From: Candidatus Poribacteria bacterium
Lineage (GTDB): Bacteria; Poribacteria; WGA-4E; UBA9662
Assembly: GCA_036339735.1 (NCBI GenBank)
Contig: JAYZAL010000038.1
Coordinates: 92,076-156,075, forward strand
Direction: 5' to 3'
DNA: 64,000 nucleotides
Shown: positions 60,558 to 64,000 of the stretch, one piece after another
Layout of the letters: every line of letters starts with the position of its first letter
Position numbering within the stretch: position 1 is the stretch's first letter
The notes under the pieces: generated by a model
Seen by the model: the letters and a program-made list of their open reading frames with translations, nothing else
What the model was told of the DNA's origin: nothing
The model's database searches: none
Translations under genes and position numbers: made by a program

Positions 60558-61667
60558 CTATGTTACCAATTTTGACCAGAGAAACCCTGCGGCTACAGCT
60601 GAGCCTATTACCCCAGAAACATTGGGTGCCATAGCATGCATCAGAAGAAAGTTTTGTGGATCTTCTTTCTGTCCAACCTGTTGAACTACACGAGCTGAAT
60701 CAGGAACAGCTGATACACCCGCTGCTCCTATTAGAGGATTAATTTTATCTTTCAGAAATAGATTCATAATTTTAGCAGCTAACACCCCACAAGCAGTAGC
60801 AACCGCAAAAGATAACGCACCTAAGAAGAAAATTAGCAATGACTGTTTGGTCAAAAAGGTTTGGGCTTGTGTTGAACAGCCAACTGAAAATCCAAGAAGA
60901 ATAGTCACGATATCAATCATCGAGGTTCGAGCAGTTTCAGCCAGACGTTCGGTTACTCCACTCTCCTTAAGCAGGTTACCAAAGAACAACATTCCAATTA
61001 GGACTACTGCACTAGGAGCGATCATAGTACAGATCAAAAAAGCGACTATTGGGAAGATGATTTTTTCTCTTTGAGAGACTTCGCGTGGTGGCTTCATGCG
61101 GATTAGCCGCTCATCTCGAGTTGTCAGCAGTCTCATCACTGGTGGCTGAATCACTGGGACTAAGGCCATATAAGAGTAAGCAGCGATAGCAATTGCACCT
61201 AGAAGATGAGGAGCTAGTTTAGAAGACAGAAAAATAGCCGTTGGGCCGTCAGCCCCCCCGATTATACCAATGGCCCCAGATTCCATCGGCGTAAATCCCA
61301 GATAAAGTGAACCTATAAAAGTTAGGAAAATACCCAATTGTGCAGCAGCTCCCAGTAATACCAACCTAGGGTTAGACAACATCGTTGAAAAGTCAGTCAT
61401 AGAACCAATGCCGAGAAAAATGAGCGGTGGAAATACGCCCTGACTAACCCCAAAGTATATGTAATTTAGAACACTACCTGAATCATAGACACCCATCCCT
61501 GAAGGAATGTTACCAACTACTACACCAAAACCAATGGGTAGCAACAGGAGTGGCTCATAGTCTCTTCTAATAGCCAAAAAAACGAAAATTATACCAACAA
61601 GAATCATAACTAGATTCCCGATGGACAATTTAGCTGTGGTTGTTAGGAACTCCGAAAGAATTGTCAT
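60558..61667 (-). CDS. oadB: Na+-translocating decarboxylase beta subunit
   Basis: EPLLLLPIGFG, IGIIGGADGPT, YSYMALVP, IGAAGVSAVP, HAMAPN. Confidence 0.96.
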   Translation of the reverse strand: MTILSEFLTTTAKLSIGNLVMILVGIIFVFLAIRRDYEPLLLLPIGFGVVVGNIPSGMGVYDSGSVLNYIYFGVSQGVFPPLIFLGIGSMTDFSTMLSNPRLVLLGAAAQLGIFLTFIGSLYLGFTPMESGAIGIIGGADGPTAIFLSSKLAPHLLGAIAIAAYSYMALVPVIQPPVMRLLTTRDERLIRMKPPREVSQREKIIFPIVAFLICTMIAPSAVVLIGMLFFGNLLKESGVTERLAETARTSMIDIVTILLGFSVGCSTQAQTFLTKQSLLIFFLGALSFAVATACGVLAAKIMNLFLKDKINPLIGAAGVSAVPDSARVVQQVGQKEDPQNFLLMHAMAPNVSGVIGSAVAAGFLWSKLVT

Positions 61668-61957
61668 TTTTTTTGCCGAGTATGAAGAATATAGCCAACA
61701 GCCGCAGCAATTTCGTTTGCAGCGTCCTCACTAGACGTTGGAGTTGGCTTGTTAGAATGAGATTGAACACTAGTTGAGTGTGTATGATGGACGACGGGAG
61801 GCAAGAAACGGTTAAGAGTGGGAAGGAGTCGAGGTAAAAGAGCGATGAAGGCACTAACAACCGTCAGTGCAACAAAGACGATAGTCATGCCTGAAAGGGC
61901 GGTTTCCCACCCCTGACCTTCCGCTATCTGTTGGAAATCAAAATTAATATCGTTCAT
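61664..61957 (-). CDS. oadG: Decarboxylase gamma subunit
   Basis: GMTIVF TM segment, Pro/His linker, EIAAAV; overlaps the oadB start. Confidence 0.85.
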   Translation of the reverse strand: MNDINFDFQQIAEGQGWETALSGMTIVFVALTVVSAFIALLPRLLPTLNRFLPPVVHHTHSTSVQSHSNKPTPTSSEDAANEIAAAVGYILHTRQKK

Positions 61958-62069
61958 TTTACTTATTTTATCATAAGCTTTGCCATTTTCGCAGTCAGAA
62001 AGTTGGCATGATTGGCTTAACTACACAAAGAAAAAAAACAACTCTTCTCATTACTTCATTTTCCAAGAC

Positions 62070-62489
62070 TCATGAAAATTCACTTTGGCCAATAGCCTGT
62101 TTAATTTGTTCAGGCTGGACCAAGATACGAGACCAATCTGAAAGTATTACTGATATACTTTTGTTATCTTCTATATTATTCCATACCATTTCTTCCAACT
62201 CTGATGAAATACGGGGATGGCGAAAGTATGCTTGAAACCAAATGCTAAATTGTTTGATTCTTTCGGTGTACTTTGTGAAAGCCCAGAAACGAATTTGGCA
62301 AAAGTCGAGCCCTTCCTCAATTCTAACAAGGTCAAGGGTAACGATGCTTGGAAACCTAGCCAGCGTACGGATCGATTGGTTCAGTAGATTGCGGTCATCT
62401 AGATAAGTAATTTCCGGTAGGATGTCGAAATGGACTTGGTATTGATGAGCATGAATTGATGTTTCGTCTTTATTTGGAACTGTTAGCAT
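62070..62489 (-). CDS. Hypothetical protein
   Basis: 139-aa ORF whose start overlaps the stop of the upstream gene. Confidence 0.55.
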   Translation of the reverse strand: MLTVPNKDETSIHAHQYQVHFDILPEITYLDDRNLLNQSIRTLARFPSIVTLDLVRIEEGLDFCQIRFWAFTKYTERIKQFSIWFQAYFRHPRISSELEEMVWNNIEDNKSISVILSDWSRILVQPEQIKQAIGQSEFS

Positions 62490-63904
62490 TGGTCTAGGTA
62501 TCGGTTGAGGCGTCGGAGCGCGTCACCGTTATCAATCACAATTTTGGCTTCTTTAATCGATTTTTGAGGGGTTGAGTATACCCCCAACAGATAGTTGATT
62601 ATACCCGTATTCAAAATGAGTCGGTCGTAAATTTCACCCTTTTGGCCACTCAAGGCTGCAATGCCTGCTTCAGCAAAAGCTTCTGCTGTCACCTGGACAG
62701 ACCGGGGGTTTGTTCGATAGTGAAACCCATAGTCAGCCGGATTGATATCCATTGAGAAATCGATGCGCTTTCCTCTTATGTAACGAAAACCTTCGGAGTG
62801 ATTAATGGAGTTTCGCTCCGACGTAGATGATTTTGAAATGCGCATTGCATACTGACATGAGCCTTCCTCTCCCTTAATTGCCAAGGCAGCTGTTACTCCT
62901 CTCTCTTCTGCTAGCTGTAACAATTTTTTTTCATAACCACTATGATAATAGCCAATTACCATGGAGTTAGAACGTTTCGCCGAATATAGACGCTGTATTT
63001 TTTCGGTGGCTGACCAAGGAGGCCGTTTTTTGATTTCAGATCGTAAGTATCTCAGGTGATACGCTTTGGGTGCATATTCTCTCTGACTAACATAAGCGAA
63101 GCCAATGGACGGGTCTTCTAAGAGATGTTTTGCCTGACTTAACGTATGATTAGTTTTCCCACCTAATGTGTTTAAAATTTGTTCTTCAGTTATTCCATTT
63201 TTGGGTGGCATAAAATCAACGCCGTGTAGAACCGTTTGCTGGCCTAGTGCAGATCGAACAGCTGCTACAAAAAGAGCAGGGCGAAAGTGCCGGGTAGCTC
63301 CATCAAAAGGCAGCCCGAAATGAGTTAAGTCTGTGAGATTAACTGTTTGGATTTTTTCTTCGTGATACACCGAATCCAGATAAGCAGCCATTTCGTCGGA
63401 AGATTCGAGATTCATACGCTGTCCAATAATTACCGCAGCTTTTAACGCTGGATGTACATTATCAGACAAAACCGATTGACAGGTATTAAAAGCTCTATTG
63501 TAAGGTAAATGGTGGCCAGCCAAAATGTATTTCAGAGATTCAACCACAATAGCTGTAGCTGAATCAAGTGTATGTATCCCTCTGTTTGGATTCAGCAAGA
63601 ATTGTAGCTCAGCGGGCGCACATTGATCAAATTCTGGTTCAAATTTGGCCATTGCTTCTTCTTCAGGCACGGACCAGCGTGTTTCGGGCGGAAAATGTCG
63701 GCGTATTGTCATTGCGGCACAAAATGCTCCCATTTGTGCCATAGTTGCTCGCTCTGGCAAAGGTAGATGTCCTTTCAGCGACTGCAAAATGATATCTAGG
63801 ACCAACGAAGGCTGCAGCAAATCGTTTGCCTTTAGGCCTAGTGGACGACTTAAATGTGGGCCAGTACAAACCCTAGCCTGTGCTTCTAGTAGTATCTGAT
63901 TCAC
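62483..63904 (-). CDS. Anthranilate phosphoribosyltransferase-like (glycosyltransferase family 3, YbiB-like) protein
   Basis: AQMGAF helical N-domain, PFDG, LHG...PPK, GFAY, R-x-EIKKR, KGEEG, terminal GDAL. Lacks the TrpD GTGGD and KHGN motifs. Confidence 0.75.
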   Translation of the reverse strand: MNQILLEAQARVCTGPHLSRPLGLKANDLLQPSLVLDIILQSLKGHLPLPERATMAQMGAFCAAMTIRRHFPPETRWSVPEEEAMAKFEPEFDQCAPAELQFLLNPNRGIHTLDSATAIVVESLKYILAGHHLPYNRAFNTCQSVLSDNVHPALKAAVIIGQRMNLESSDEMAAYLDSVYHEEKIQTVNLTDLTHFGLPFDGATRHFRPALFVAAVRSALGQQTVLHGVDFMPPKNGITEEQILNTLGGKTNHTLSQAKHLLEDPSIGFAYVSQREYAPKAYHLRYLRSEIKKRPPWSATEKIQRLYSAKRSNSMVIGYYHSGYEKKLLQLAEERGVTAALAIKGEEGSCQYAMRISKSSTSERNSINHSEGFRYIRGKRIDFSMDINPADYGFHYRTNPRSVQVTAEAFAEAGIAALSGQKGEIYDRLILNTGIINYLLGVYSTPQKSIKEAKIVIDNGDALRRLNRYLDQC

Positions 63905-64000
63905 TGCTCGTTATTTCTTACTGTTCATTTTCTAATTTAGTTAAATAAATTTTAAACGGCACTATGCTACCAGAAGAAGTAAAGACATTCAACTATGATA

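Noticed and set aside
62483-63904. Calling this gene trpD
   Set aside because: The canonical GTGGD and KHGN motifs are missing.
1-64000. CRISPR array, IS element, prophage, rRNA or tRNA
   Set aside because: No regularly spaced direct repeats, transposase/integrase/phage ORFs or RNA gene signatures seen by eye; short RNAs could have been missed.

Overview
A gene-dense, AT-leaning bacterial chromosomal window with about 50 CDSs. I found no rRNA, tRNA, CRISPR array, integrase or transposase. The content suggests Candidatus Poribacteria or a similar marine lineage (inference only): six PhyH-type Fe/2OG oxygenases, three AP-endonuclease-2/sugar-isomerase TIM barrels, GH95, a lone BMC shell protein, two multi-repeat DUF5069-like proteins and a giant C25 peptidase with a FlgD-Ig tail. 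Housekeeping genes include miaA, trpBA, hisA, glnD, ccmBC(D), a PPi-type pfk, msrB, birA and oadGBA. Most notable observations: (1) two PhyH paralogs carry H-G-G where the other four have H-x-D, a halogenase-like facial-triad change; one of them sits in a probable operon with a triple-repeat DUF5069 gene that the ORF track missed, behind a perfect 12-bp palindromic operator; (2) a Rieske ferredoxin fused to a His-rich helical domain; (3) a stand-alone UvrD helicase-nuclease with a D-x-R active site; (4) a loop-deleted, probably CC-adding tRNA nucleotidyltransferase; (5) a TrpD-like protein resembling a plant family; (6) a candidate structured ncRNA in the 1-kb gap upstream of hisA. All family calls come from motif recognition, not database searches.
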